From assembly GCA_977862235.1 (NCBI GenBank), contig OZ374562.1, positions 1,178,001-1,242,000 of the forward strand: a DNA stretch of 64,000 nt, written 5' to 3'. Within the stretch, counting starts at the first letter, position 1, and each line of letters opens with the position of its first letter. The notes below the pieces were generated by a model. The model saw only the letters and a program-made list of their open reading frames with translations, was not told the origin of the DNA and did no database searches. Position numbers and translations under genes: made by a program. The stretch comes from Dudresnaya verticillata. Taxonomy: Eukaryota. Of the stretch, positions 36,966 through 49,686 are shown in pieces.

Positions 36966-38750
36966 GCGGTCTACCACCACTACCGTTACGGCGTCCGTCC
37001 CGGCACTTGTAGCACACGCTTGACTTTTGCTTCACAATATCCACTACGGTTAGCCCCTCGTTGTTCTCCCTTCTCGGTGAGAGCCGCTCTATCGCACTGT
37101 GGAGGTAGTATCACTCTCGTTCCGTGAAGGAAAGTCAGGCTAGATGTCCGGTACGGACGGTTCGTTGCTTTTTACTATATTAAACCTTCTTCTCCTCAGC
37201 CTCAATCTTCTTACTCCTTCGATCGGTCCTTGTTGCCAGCATGTCATCCCATTCCCCGTTCGTCATTCCAAAAAGCTCCTTCATCTCCTCCACTTCGCCT
37301 CCCGCATCGCTCATCATGGCTTTCATGCAGTTGCATATGTCAAACGGCTCTTGTACTCGCTTGTAGTGTCTTGCATAGGTTTCCACGCAACGCACAGAGA
37401 GACACGTTTTATCGTTCGATTTCGATGCAGGGACGTCAAATCTTTCTCGGGTTTCTCCGTTCGGCGCAATGTGTGCCTTTTCGGCGTTACTTCTCGCATC
37501 ACCAGAAGATCATGGCCCTTGTTGAAGTGGGGTCGACAACCCCCGGTCCTGGTTTACGTGCAGATGTGGCAGCGGGAGCTGAATCCGGTGTCGCAGTGAG
37601 CCTAGCTCCCAGGGAGAGGATGGATGATGTGATATCCGGAACGGAACGCGTTGTTCCGCCAGGGTTGAAGATGGGAGTTGGGAACGACTGAGACAGTGGA
37701 GTAGGGATAGAGCGACTGTCGAAGAGGACCTTGTCAACAACCGGGAATTCGTCGTCGTGTGAGCTGTCCGTGGTTGATGGCAAGGGATGTTGCACTAAAC
37801 GCAAGCCGAGTAGGTTGTGTCCTGGCCGTTGTGCTGTTTCCTAGGCGGGAGTTGCAGTTTACCCTCCAAAGCGCGCCAGAAGCGGGTCTCACGCCGCTGC
37901 ACTATTTCCGCACATTTCAGGCGACATACTCACGACTTTTTGTGCCTGTTTTTTCTTCGGTGCAATGTGTGCGAGGTGTATCGGAATATTGTCTGACTCC
38001 AGTGCGTAATATCCCTATTGTACGAGGTGTGACAACGGAGACGTCGAATGCCTGAGTCTTGGGGACAAACCGAGAATCATCAACTTACGCGTTCATACGA
38101 ATTTGGTCGCGGCGGTCCTCACTGCGTGACTTTTCTTCACACAGGGGCTGGCGAGAGTCACGGTGTCGTAAAAGAAGATATCTCAGAAGGGATATGTAGT
38201 GACTCGCCAGAAATAGATATACGCTGTTCTTCAAGTTGGTTTAGAAACTTCAATCAAGCTACATGAAAGCACGGAGTCCTAACCCGAGATATGCTTGAGA
38301 GGGGAACCGACGGCTGCTTTAGGTACTATACTTAGCACATCACGCCATGTCTTCCCGAGAAGGTTTGCGTTTTTCAAGGGCGCGCAGCTCGCTACAAAAC
38401 ACTGTGGCATTCAGAATATGGATCGGCTGCCCTTGAAGCGGCCCACAACATTCACAGAGGGAGACTGTACATTCCGTTCGGGCCGAAGAAAGAGCACAGG
38501 AAAGATGGTACCACAACCTGTAGGCAGCAGATGTCCGAATTGCAAGAGTGGTAGCTATCCGTCCTCTACCAAATTAGGACTTGAACAACCTGCATGCTAC
38601 CTACCTCTTCCAAATCACTTAATGCTCCTTTACTGATCGCACTGTGTCCAAAGCAGCTGTAATTCCTATAGGGGCCGCCCAATTCGCTGAACCGGACAAG
38701 AATCGGAAATACCACACGGCCTGTGCAGCACATTCTACTACGTTTCAGCC

Positions 38751-38789
38751 GGTTTAGGGTTTTAGGGGTTTACGGGTTTAGGGGTTTAG
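38751..38789 (+). repeat. Short degenerate telomere-like tract (TTTAGGGG-type, ~4.5 units)
   Basis: ggtttagggttttaggggtttacgggtttaggggtttag. Confidence 0.7.
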
Positions 38790-38861
38790 TTGGCCGTAAT
38801 TGGCCCCGAATGCCGTACTGCAATCTAAAAGCTAGCTGCTTTCCTGGCTGCGCGCGGGGGA

Positions 38862-39210
38862 TCTAGAGGCCCGACTGCCTCAACCAGGACTCGATGATGT
38901 GTGTGAATGATCATTGGCATTTTCTCCCGCAAGGCGGCGGACCGAGGCAATTTGTGTCGATCTCGGTGCAGGGCACGACCGGGATTGCGCAGTAACGTAC
39001 TGTAGCAACGTACCTATGCCAATATTAACGCTTAGCTACAACTTCCCTTTTCCCTACTGGAACGGGTCGTGCAAATCCTAAACAACAGCAATGAGGCTTT
39101 GAATAACTTGAAGCCGGTTGCTCTGTACAAGCAGTCGATGCTTGTCAACCTCGGCGTGTTACGATGCGTAACCGTAACCATCTACCAGGGGCCATAAATG
39201 CGAGTACCGT
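38862..39210 (-). repeat. 3' LTR of Gypsy C
   Basis: Direct repeat of 61455-61805 (aaggcggcggaccgaggcaattt...cttgaagccggttgctctgtacaa); just downstream of the chromodomain. Confidence 0.8.
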
Positions 39211-39269
39211 AGTGGTCGTTTGGTCGTATGTATCATGAATTATTGCCAAGTTGAAATTGTCTTCAAGCC

Positions 39270-42200
39270 TTCTTCGCTAAACGATTCTTCATAGTCGCGT
39301 TCAAAAACGCGGCAAGTCTCTCAGGCACATCCTCCTGCATTTGCTGCACTGACTGCCACGTTCAGTCTATCTTATCGGGATGTCCAGTAATTGCAAACGT
39401 ACCAATAATCCATCCCTTGCTTCTCCAGTATCCTTGATAGACCCTACCATCTCGAACTTAGACTCGACATGCTTTCCATGCTCCAAAACCCTCTGAGGTA
39501 CTTCAGCTCCGTGTAGTTTGCTGCGACAAATCTTCAGCCTGGCTGCATGTTCCACCTCTGACTTACTGGTTACAAGTCCAGTTACCTCATAAACGGTTTC
39601 ACTGATAGCCCCGGTTATATGTCGGGGTCCTAACCATCGAAATGACAGCTCTTGCCCTTGTCCTAACTGCGTCTAACAACAACAAATTCAGTAACCTCGA
39701 AGCTTGACGGAATTATATTCGTCTTCTTGTTATGAAACGCAATATGCTTCAATCTGTTGGCAGTCACCTTGATATCCACCTCTTTGTGCATTTGATCCAT
39801 TGACTTTTGGCTCTCATGAATGTTAATGAGTGTTGTATGCCAACCATACTGAGTTCCAAAGGCTCTTTTTGTGAACGTTTTGGCGTCAGTACCATAGATC
39901 GGGCAGGTAGAATATCTGCCATGACTTCGAGAGGTGTGCGTGACGTACCATCTGCCCTTTTCCGTAGCCTGGTGAGGGGTGCTTCATTAAGTACAGACAT
40001 CACTATTTAGGCAACCAATGGCCAATCGTGAGGTCTGAGTCGGAGTTCGGACAGTAGTGCTGTGCATGCAGCTCGTATATATCGAATGCATACTTCTACA
40101 GTTCCATTGACCCAGGGCGAAAATGACACAGTAAAGTTATGATGGGTTGCCGTGTGTCTTGGATAGCCGTTCCAGCACTTGGTTCTTGAAGTGTGATCAT
40201 TGGTCTGAAACCCAAAACAGAATCACATTAAATACTCGAATCAACCTTTATAACTCCTTAGACGCTGTTTCTGCATCGCGGTTTGTACGGACAAAGCCAT
40301 AGATATGTAGACAAATCGTCTCGAATTATCAGCATGTACTTCAGCCCATCAATATCAATCCCCATACATAAGAAACCAAAATAGCTGACTTCGTTGGGCT
40401 TCGAGCCATGAAGGGTGATAGACAGTGGACGCGGGACTCGATGACCGGTTTCGGCAATGATGCAATGCAGACAGCTTTGGACAAATGCTCTGCAGTGTTG
40501 GGCCATAACTGCCCAACTGTACTCCTCTTTAAGCATGCTGGCAGTAGAATCGTGACTACGATACCCCGCGGCCACAACGGGCAACAACACGCAGTTTCAA
40601 TTGGAGCTCATTATCCTGATGTGGAATCCAGATCATGCCATTTTTCCGCAATAGACCACCATCCTCGTGCTGAACTACACTTGGTATAGTCAAAGCTTCC
40701 GACTGTGACTTCAGTATCATAGCCATGGACGGCCATGAAAATTCCTCAGCAAACGGGGACGCAACAAGGTCCATCTGGTTGAACTTGCTAGTTATCCTTG
40801 GCGCAACTTTGCGCTTTCCACGATATCCAGCAAATCAGCGCATCACAATATCTGCTGTTACGTCATGCTTACTGGATACATGTTCTATCCTATATATAAA
40901 TCTTGATAGAAATAGTTCCCATCTTTGCACTTTGCTAACGACGTGACGACCTAACACCGGCTTCACGACGAGTGGGTTGGAAACAAACAAAAGGTTCCGA
41001 TGATCCGTAAAAACGTGAATGTCTTCTTCACATGCGAACATAAAATCCATTTTCTCGAATGACTGAAACACAGCATACGCCTCCTTCTGAAATGTACTCC
41101 AATGGAGCTATGTGTTTGTGAATGCAGACCCGAGAAAGGCCAACATCTCATGAATTTGTTCTGATACGTGTCTGCCCAGACAGGAACGCTCACATTGGGC
41201 CACTACCGCTGACCAAAACTGGCGGGATGCGTCAGTAAAAACGGAAAGATTCTTCTTGGGATCCCAGGGACAGCTTTACAGCTATGCGTAGTTGCCCTTG
41301 TAGTTCTTCAAATATTTATAGATGCTTTCCAAAGGACCCCATCACAATGTAGAAAGTCGTATTCCCTGCACCAAACGAGACGTCCGCTTTCCTGAACGTG
41401 TGTATGCCTCCTCCAGAACCTCTTTCAGTGGTGCAGCACGTGTTACGGAATCTGCGATATAATTATACATCCACTGCAGGCAATTCACGAACTGCGAGAG
41501 CTCACTTGCGTTTTCTGGTGGATGGGCAGACTTCAAACCATTTCGAAGCCTTGGGTCACATTCTATTCCATCCTTATCAACGATGTAGCCGCAGCAGCGT
41601 AACGAGTTGCTGAATAATACTGTATTTGTAGCTGAAACGTTCAGGTTGTTGTCCTGAAATATCTGCAGGAATTGGCGTAGTAGTGCAATCGGCTCTTTTT
41701 CGGTCTTCGCGTGCACCGCGAAGTAATCAAGCCATGCCTTGACAGATGCGTCCATGGAAGCAATGCAGGCCTGAACGTGAGACTGAAAATTATGTACTGC
41801 AATCATAGACCCTTGGAGCGTCCGTGTCGGCTGGTAAACTCCAGCCGGTGTTAAGAAGCTTAAATAGGGTTGTTTGCTTTTGTGTAAAGGAATTTGCCAG
41901 TAGCCAGCATAAAAATCGATGCCAGCGAAGAACCTACTTCCGGAAACGTCTATGAGCTCGGACTGAAAGTGTGACATCGGCCATCTCATAGGTTTGGTGC
42001 ATTGGTTGACAAGTCTTAAATCAAACGTGAGGCGAAACTTCTTTGTTTCTGGTTTGGGCAACAGAAAAGGAGGCGATGACCACTCCGCATGAGGGTCAGT
42101 TTTCGCCATGTTGAAAGCGACCAAGGTTTCCATAAAGCGTTTCATGCGATTGCCCTGGTCCACTGAGTATCTCCTCCCTTTGGAAATATACGGCACCGAC

Positions 42201-43436
42201 CGGGGCTTCAGTTGTACATACATAGGCTCAACCTTTCATGGCTGACAAGGTCCTAGTCTCACTCGGAAGACATCATGGTAGTCCGTGAAACACAGTAACG
42301 CACGGAGTGCCCACTGTAGGAATTTGTCATACAGTGTCGTACTCGCGCCGGCAGGCCGGGCGAGTAACGTGCTTACGTCCGTGGCCCTGGAGGGTGCGCC
42401 AGCGTCGATTTAGTCCGGACTGCTCTCCAGGATAGGGGTGCAGCGCAATACGAGCGGGTCCGTATTGCGCCCTTTATGTACTTTTCCTTCATAATTGCGC
42501 GCATTTGTCTTTGGCGCCAGATCGCGAGTGATTTGATGTTGGCGTATGCCTTAGATTTAATGGTATTTTAGGATGTCAGTTATGTCAGGGGGACTTCACC
42601 CCTTTGTTTGGCCGCTCTGAGCGACCCCACCGAGGATCGGCGGGAGGCGAGACTCTTTATCAGTCGTCGCTCACTCGAGGACGGCGGCGGAAGAGGGTAT
42701 CGATTCACGAGGAAAAACAAGACTTGTTTCAGTCCGTGAGCAGTGCTTTCATCCCATCATGTTCCGTAGAGCTCAAACCGTTTTTAATAGCTTTGGCAAG
42801 CATAGAACCTAACGCTTTATCCAGCTCCTCCGGTGTGTCAATACCAAGTTCCATTCGCTGCTCCGCCAGGCTTTACAATCCATCACTCGCAGCTCCGTAG
42901 GAATGGAACACATCCGAAGAAAGAATTCGAGCAATTGAACCCTTGGCGTAGTCATCATAAACAACTTCTGCAGCCTCTATAGACCCGCTATGGCGATCAC
43001 ACGCAGCCTCCAAAAAGCTTCTTGGTATCCAAGCCTAGGGCCTCCTGAATATGTAGAACTAGCTAGTAGTGGTTCAGCAACTCTTTCAAAAGCAACTATC
43101 CATTTCAAAGTACGAATCAATACTGACTTGCCATGCCGAATATGCAATTCAGTGTCGGTACTACCTCTTTGTCGCAAGGAACAGAAGTAGCGGAAGCAGC
43201 TAAGCCGAACTTCCTCGGAGTTTCTGACACCTTCACGTTCATATCGGCACGGTGCCTAAGCAAGTCCAAAAACACAAGGTCTGGCATGGGGTTAATATCC
43301 GAACCCCCATCTGCACATAATCGAACATCGACACAGCCTGACAAAGTAGCGCCCATAATGGTAGAGTTAGTTTCCTCAGCTTTCACTTTCTTCTCGCCAT
43401 CAAGTGGGGACACTACTTGCTGGGCTTCCCATTGCC
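39270..43436 (-). pseudogene. pol: Gypsy C pol (PR-RT-RH-IN-chromodomain), decayed
   Basis: LCADGGSD protease; EWSSP, FRLTFDLR, GYWQIPL, WLDYF RT; FTDHRNL...QRW RNase H; CLHC...RVPRPL, IRDDLS integrase; chromodomain remnant ending QEDVPERL. Confidence 0.88.
42286..42731. mobile_element. Solo LTR (446 bp) in Gypsy C pol
   Basis: Ends TGAAACA...TGTTTCA; perfect TSD GTCCG; removal restores KALLTDYHDVFRVRLG. Confidence 0.9.
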
Positions 43437-43975
43437 TGTGACAAGTGGGCACGTCCGTGTCGGAGGCAGTCTCGCGTACGCGAAGACGAAAGAGAAACCA
43501 AAGGCTAGGGGAGGAAAAAGGAAGGTGAGTAGATGTGTATACCGTGCTGGTCGGGTCCGATGCAGTGGCTGCACGCCCTCGCCGTCGTCCGACGATAGCG
43601 GGTTGCCATTATTAATACTACAGCTGGACAGCTCTTTAAGAACAGCCACGGACAAGTGCCGCCGCAGGCACCAGCCATCCCGACGACGTCGGTGATGGAC
43701 GGAACGTCGCCGAGGTCCTCGCCCTATCCCGGGGACCTGGCAGCAGACCAATCATGTAGAAAGGAATGGCAGACCGGCGCATGTGCGCTGGGTCTGCACT
43801 GTGAGTGTACGCTACAATAGAGCAAATCGCTCGGAGCATCAGCAAGGCGAGTCGGCTGAGTACTCAGCAGGCGTCGGTACTCTGTACAGAGCTCACCACA
43901 CGACGCCACAGCGGGTCAGGCGTCGGAGCTATTGCCCTGCGGGCGCTACGGCGTCTTGAGCGCCCAGGGGTTATA
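43437..43975. mobile_element. Solo LTR-like element of the TGTGACAAG family (539 bp), 4-bp TSD
   Basis: TSD TGCC (43433-43436 / 43976-43979); removal restores KERNWRQRQWEAQQV; homologous to 46378-46555 + 60870-61223. Confidence 0.85.
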
Positions 43976-44053
43976 TGCCGCTGTCTCCAATTGCGTTCCT
44001 TCTGTTCCGTGAACTCCCGAAGTAAAAACTGCGCCTCGTTTAGGTTTGTGTCC

Positions 44054-45611
44054 TGTGGTGCAAGGGGAGGGCTGCCCCTTTTTCGCTTTGAGCGTATTAT
44101 ATGGCAACGTCTACCGACGGCACTTCAACCGCCGTTGGCGCGCGAACACGTCATGGACGATTGGCCCACGGGCATACGGCCGCCGTTACCCCGCGCGGCG
44201 CGGCGCGCGCGCACTGTACGTGCAGAGCCGGATGTATCATCCCGATCGACAAGGCGTAAGGCGCACGCCTGTAAGCTTGGCCCGGATCCGGATCGGATCC
44301 GGATCGGACATCGGGATCCTGCATCGGGATCCACAGTGATGTAAGGAACGCGCCTGTAATGGCCGTGCGCCAGCAATGCTGACAGGGATCTGGATCCGAA
44401 TCCGGATCACCCGCACTTCTACACGCATGCGCCTGTAAGTCACCCATTACTCGCACGCACGCCTGTAAGCTACTCCTGGGCTCCCGCGCACATGGCTGCA
44501 TGGCAGCGACGACGTGTCAGACACTCAACGGCGCGACACGCGTCCTGAGTTCCCGCGCACCGAGCCCGCCGTCGCTGCCCGCGTAGTATATTAGGTAATC
44601 CGTCTGAGACGTTGAGTAAACCCCGGACAAGCCGGCCTTGGTCCAGACTTTCCCGTTCCGCACACGCGTACCCTACCTCTGCCTACGGCCTAAGCGTCTA
44701 CCTCCCGTGCTTCCACGCCCATCACTGTCCTTGACGTGTTTCCTTCTTGTTCTCTTTTGTTCTTCCTTTCCGCCTCGGGCGTCTACAGTCCGCCCAAGGC
44801 GTGTCAACTGCTCTACCACCAGCCGCCCACGGCGAGGCTACTCACCGCCACGGGAGTCGTGTGGTACAATGAGCCGCCAGCGGCTGTAAGCACGTACACG
44901 TGTTTTGCGCCTGTAATGCGCGGGTAATATTGCGCGTGGCATGCGCTTGTAAGGCGCCGCCCGTACTACCGCCCTGTAAGGCCCAGTGCATTGCTGGCTA
45001 CTCCATATGGCATTGCTGGGAACAGCACGGCGCCTGAGATGGCTAGCCGTGATTGGCTGATTTACCATGGCCTTACGCGCAGGAGCGCGCCAGAGTCATA
45101 AGCACCTTACGTGCGCAGGGCGGAGTACGACCGCTCACTACCTCATTGTAATTATTAACGCTAACTTCAATAGCTTAGAATAAGAATAGCGGCGAAGGCG
45201 CTTTCGGCCTTCACCATATTTATTGCGCCCCTGACTAGCAGGGGTCGGCTGAATAGAACCCCATGGTGGGTTTCGGGGCGGTACACTTTCTTTGGTCTAC
45301 ACGGGCTCACCGTACTCCCCCTTCCAGGTGCTTTACAAGCTTTAGCCTCGTACGGCTTTGTACTCTACGAGTGTTAGGGTGGCGCCGCCCCTTTTTCCCT
45401 TTTTTTCAGGCCCGCTAGCCTTTTTCCCCTTTTCCCTCAAAGTCTCTACCAACTCCCCATTGAGCTACCCTCGCTAGGGTGTGTGCGCGCACGGGACAGC
45501 TGTCCTTGCCGTTTAGCGGGCTACTGGCTCGTCGCGCCATACTACTACACGTCGCTACCCACCGAGCCCCGAACTGCTCGGCGGTGCTCCGTCAAGGACG
45601 TTTGTACCACA
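44054..45611. mobile_element. Composite LTR-like insertion in Gypsy C gag; includes an LTR-like piece at ~45147-45549 related (inverted) to 60155-60546
   Basis: Ends TGTGGTGCAA...TTGTACCACA; flanks tgtcc/agtcc; removal joins RVRICPD to TNLNEAQFLL. Confidence 0.7.
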
Positions 45612-46377
45612 AGTCCGGACAAATTCGAACCCGGCCTTTGTGCTTCATGTTCCAATTCTGACATATTGGATCAGGACAAATTTGTCCTTAAGGAAAGAAC
45701 GGGCGTTCGTATTATTGTTGGAATTGTTTTCGTTATTTACATTCCCATTAAAGGTGCTTTTGTACTTTCAGAAGCGTTCCGGGTAGTAGATGATTTATCT
45801 TTACGAACTTTCCACCTAAGCTTGTCATGGACTGCTGCTTCTCTGCAAACCATAGCGATGTAGTGATTGACAGCTTTCTTGAGGCCTGGTTGGAACTCCA
45901 GATATTCTGACATGTCCTCGTTGAGGTCAGGGGGATATAGCTTCTACTGAATCAACTTCACTGTCTGCTCGGGATTCCGCTATTTGAAGTCACCGTACCC
46001 GATACCGTCGAGCCTTTCAAAGATGTTGTGGAAAAATTGAATCATGCGGTCGTTCGGGCCAGAAACTGAAATTGGAACTCGAACGCCGCATACTGCCTCC
46101 TTATGAACATAGGATTATTCTCCTTGCTCTCATCAAGGGATACCAGTCCCCTGATATATTTCTCAATAAGTTCAGAACTCAGTTCAGGGAACGACAATCC
46201 GCTTGCCACTTCCTCGAGTCGTCCTAGTGCGTGAAGTGTTTTCAACAATCCTCTATCCACGGGAACTTTAAAGGAAGCAATAATCATCGACGGAACCTCC
46301 TTTTTGGTTTTCAAGCACTTCGTCGACATATCGGTCCCTCTCCCTTAAAAAATTGCAACCTTCAGGGGTTCAACTCT
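45612..46377 (-). pseudogene. gag: Gypsy C gag, central part
   Basis: Continues from the N-terminus at 61224-61365 (APLFAPVQHNVLRR|VEPLKVAIF); Cys/His motif CPDPIC...H...ICP at its end. Confidence 0.7.
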
Positions 46378-47119
46378 TGTGACAAGTGGGCAAGTCTGTG
46401 TCCGAAACAGTCTCGCGTACGCGAAGATGAAAAGAGAAAGTGAAGGATAGAGGCGGAAAGAGGAAGGCGAGTAGCTGGGTATACCGCGCTGGTCGGATCC
46501 GATGCAGTGGTTGCATGCCCTCACCGTCCTTCGACGCCAGCGGGTTGCCTTTATAAGCGCGTGTGCTGAAACGCCACCCACCCCGTCTCAACGAGACGGG
46601 GAACTTGCCAGAGCTTGAGAACCGCCGTCGGCGCGAACGCGCCGACGCGACCGATATCGTTTGCGCGAAACACGCGTTGGGCAAACGCCTATTTCAACTG
46701 CGGCTGTTTGCCGATTGGGACCCTCCCATACCTCGGCTCACCCATGTCAACCACTTCAGTCTGCGACTCCTCGTGCGCTAACATCACCACCGACACCGCG
46801 CATTCAGCTGCAACCCTTGACACGCCGGCGTATTGCGTCCTGCTCAGGCTTGCGCCCATACAGTCCGCCTCGCGGCGCTGCCGACACGCTAACGCGATTC
46901 TTCCTGGGCTGTTGCCCGTGCGTTTCTTGGCGACTCCGGCCGCGGCTCTGAGTCAACGTCTTGACCGCCTCTACGGCGTCAGCCGTGTATCATTCTTCGA
47001 GCTCACCCTGCGTGGGCTTCATCCGACCACGTCGCGTAATTTTGCGCCATCGGTGGAGCCGAGTCGTTTCAACCAGCGCGCACCGCGCGGTTGGTGAAGT
47101 GCGTCACTAAGTTTTCAGA

Positions 47120-47340
47120 AACTCTCGGGTCGCGCTCGTCGTTTCTTCGGATCGACTTTGGAGCCGACGGTCAGTATTCGAGCCGGCTTTGAAGCCGTAG
47201 AAGACTCAGGTCGCGCTCGCTGTCTCTGCGGAGCGGCTTTGGAGCCGACGGTCAGTAGCAGGAGAGCGGCTTTCAAGCCGTAGGAAAATTCGGGTCGCGC
47301 TCATCACTCGTTGGAGTGATTCTGGAGCCGACGGTCAGAA
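47120..47340 (+). repeat. Degenerate tandem repeat, ~82-bp unit x ~2.7
   Basis: ggagccgacggtcag at 47160, 47241 and 47324; ggtcgcgctc three times. Confidence 0.85.
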
Positions 47341-47428
47341 GGCCTCCGTGCCTTAGAAGACTTCTTCAGGAAGAAGAAGTGACGGCTTGGCCGTATTAGG
47401 GGCATCTGCCTCCCTGTACGTCGTTCGG

Positions 47429-49686
47429 ATGGCACCGCCTCGTTTGGCCTATGGGGTCGCTGGCTCGAGTGCCAATGTGCTAGGCCACGAAGTGGATGCG
47501 GCTGGAGTGCTGTTGGCTGTCTCCCAGAGCCGCGACTGGCTTCTGCGTACAGACCTCGCACACCTTAAGGTGCGCGCGGGGGCCAGTCGCAAAGAGATTC
47601 GCCGACGCGGCAGCCGAGTGGCTCAAAGCCGAGTATGGAATACCCTTATGCGGGCTAGGGTGAGCACCCTTACGGGGACCAACCGATTCCTCCCCGTGTT
47701 GGATGGCGACGCAAATACCCTTCAGTGGGACCTTGCCTACGTGAGGTTTCGGCACGAGGTGCCTTGGAGCAACAACATAGCTCGGAAGCTAACGTCTGAA
47801 GCGGTCTTGTTGGAAGAGATCCATCACGGGGGCGGTTGGGACCTGCGCATGGTGATGCACGAACGGCCACTTATTCGCGCCGGCAGGGATAACTTTCCCT
47901 ATACCCTCGCCCGCATCGTGCGGTGGGATGAGTCTTCAAATATGAAGTATGCCCTGGATAACCCCCAGACGGCGAAGCCGTTAGAGCACGCTTGCTTCGA
48001 GCGGCGTCAACGTCACAAGACGGGCTGCTTGGTTCCATGCCATTGCCAATAGGTATCGGCTTTGAAGCCGGAGTTCTACAATGGGAAGTACCCACTGGTC
48101 CCGGATGACCACAAGAATTATGAAGTCTCATATTCCATGCCAGTGGGAGTTCCAACCGTCATTACCTACCTCGGTTTGGAAATGAGGGCCAAAGCCATGG
48201 ACGATAGTGTGCTATGGAGCATCTTCCGGCACGAGTGGGTCGTGCTCGTTGCGCAGACGCTTGTCTATGAGGCTCGTCGAGGCCTGTTATTCTTCATAAG
48301 CCAACCTCTTCGTGTTGCCATTAGGGCCCTGGGCCCTGCGGGACTGTGTGCGAACGAATCCGATGCCAAGGACTTGGAAGCCTCTTGCGCTTCGTGGAGC
48401 GGATTCGGTGGAGTCAGGTCTCCAAGCGCAACCGTCACCTTCCTGACAATACAGGTCATCTCACACCGGTTTTCAACCGCGGGGACTGGGTCGACTTTGA
48501 TCCAGTCAAGTGGCACCCGGTGTTGCTCGAGTATATGGTGCAGCCCGAACCGTCTGAGGAGAGTCCTCTCACTCTTGACGAAGGCATTCGTATGACCGGT
48601 GTCACCACTGGTTGGGTTAGTGTCAAATGGCGTGAGCCAGGGCCACAGACGCCGGAAGATGTTCCGCTTTTTGACACTACCGTCAACGGTCAGGCCCAGG
48701 GGTCTCACGCACCTACTGCATACGCGTATGCGAAGGCGGATCAGGTTATCCGAGATGTATTCAACAGGCGTGGTCTGGCTATTCGCCTCTTTGCTCATTG
48801 GGACTTTCGTCACCTGAACATCCACAGCCTCGCGGATTGGGTGGAAGAAGTAATGGTAGACTACGAAAGTGAGTGGATGAAGACCCCAGGTCCTGTTGAC
48901 CAAATGGAGCGTCTCCGTGCTCACTTCGAGTCTCTTCCGCCACTTGGCAAACGCACCCTGAAGGCCGATCCTGCTCCGCGTCGTGGCATAGGCCATATTG
49001 GGATGTCATCAGTTAAGATGGAGTCGACCAGAGCCGCAGGAGTTGATCCTCGTGCTTAAACGAGCGAGGACATGGCAGTGGTGCCACGGGAGGAGTCGTC
49101 TGCGACGGTGGTGAAGGGCGGCGCCTCGGCTTCAAACCCGGTCGAGAGAGGTCTTCATCAGGAGGCGGTCGCCTCGTTGGCGACGCCGCAAGCACCTACC
49201 ACGGCATTAGCCGGTTTTGCCCCTTCGGGGGAGCTCTTGGGCGAAGACTGTCCACGAACTGGCTCTCAAGCCATGTTGAAGCATATCGTCCCGGACTCGG
49301 CTTCGGGATCGAAAGCGGTTGCCCCGGGCAACGAGGGCTCAAAGCCCACAACGCTCCATCCTCAAGAGGGGACCCAGGCCGAGAAGGCTCCAGTTGATAA
49401 GGACGACGTGGTCGTGAAGACAGAGTTAGTCGTTAAAGAAGAGGACGAAGTGGATCCCAGTGTTTCCGCGACGGCTCACGGTGTGGATGCGATGGAAATC
49501 GACCAGCCGATAGCGGGGAGCCGAGGCGATGATAACTTGGAATCACGTCACGAGCGCGGTAGTCGTCGACTTGGTCGAGGGCGTCGCGTTGTACGCGAGG
49601 TCCGTCGCGTAGTGATATCTCTCTCGACTCCGCAGCCTAACCCTCCGCTTGAGGAGGACGAGGTCATCGACCTGTTGTCTGATTAA
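47429..49686 (+). pseudogene. Accessory ORF of unknown function (~750 aa), antisense to Gypsy D pol; two stops and one frameshift
   Basis: ORFs 47387-48052 and 48062- share one frame; 48346-49059 and 49072-49686 share another; W/aromatic-rich core, low-complexity acidic tail. Confidence 0.7.

Larger units (their letters stand above)
34212..37184 (+). mobile_element. Solo LTR (TGTGGTG family), itself interrupted at 34735-36965
   Basis: Perfect TSD CCTTC (34207-34211 / 37185-37189); 34212-34734 + 36966-37184 is the inverted homologue of 59382-60056. Confidence 0.88.
33806..37510 (-). pseudogene. Harbinger partner gene (Myb-like N-terminus, coiled-coil C-terminus) split by nested insertion 34212-37184
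   Basis: AEKAHIAPNGETRERF...HYKRVQEPFD...EAEEKK joins in frame to EMLGAFIRQ...ELQRFRLML once the insertion and one CCTTC copy are removed; convergent with the transposase. Confidence 0.75.

Noticed and set aside
45147..45549. 3' LTR of Gypsy D
   Set aside because: It is related to 60155-60546 but inverted, strongly diverged and located in a different nesting layer.
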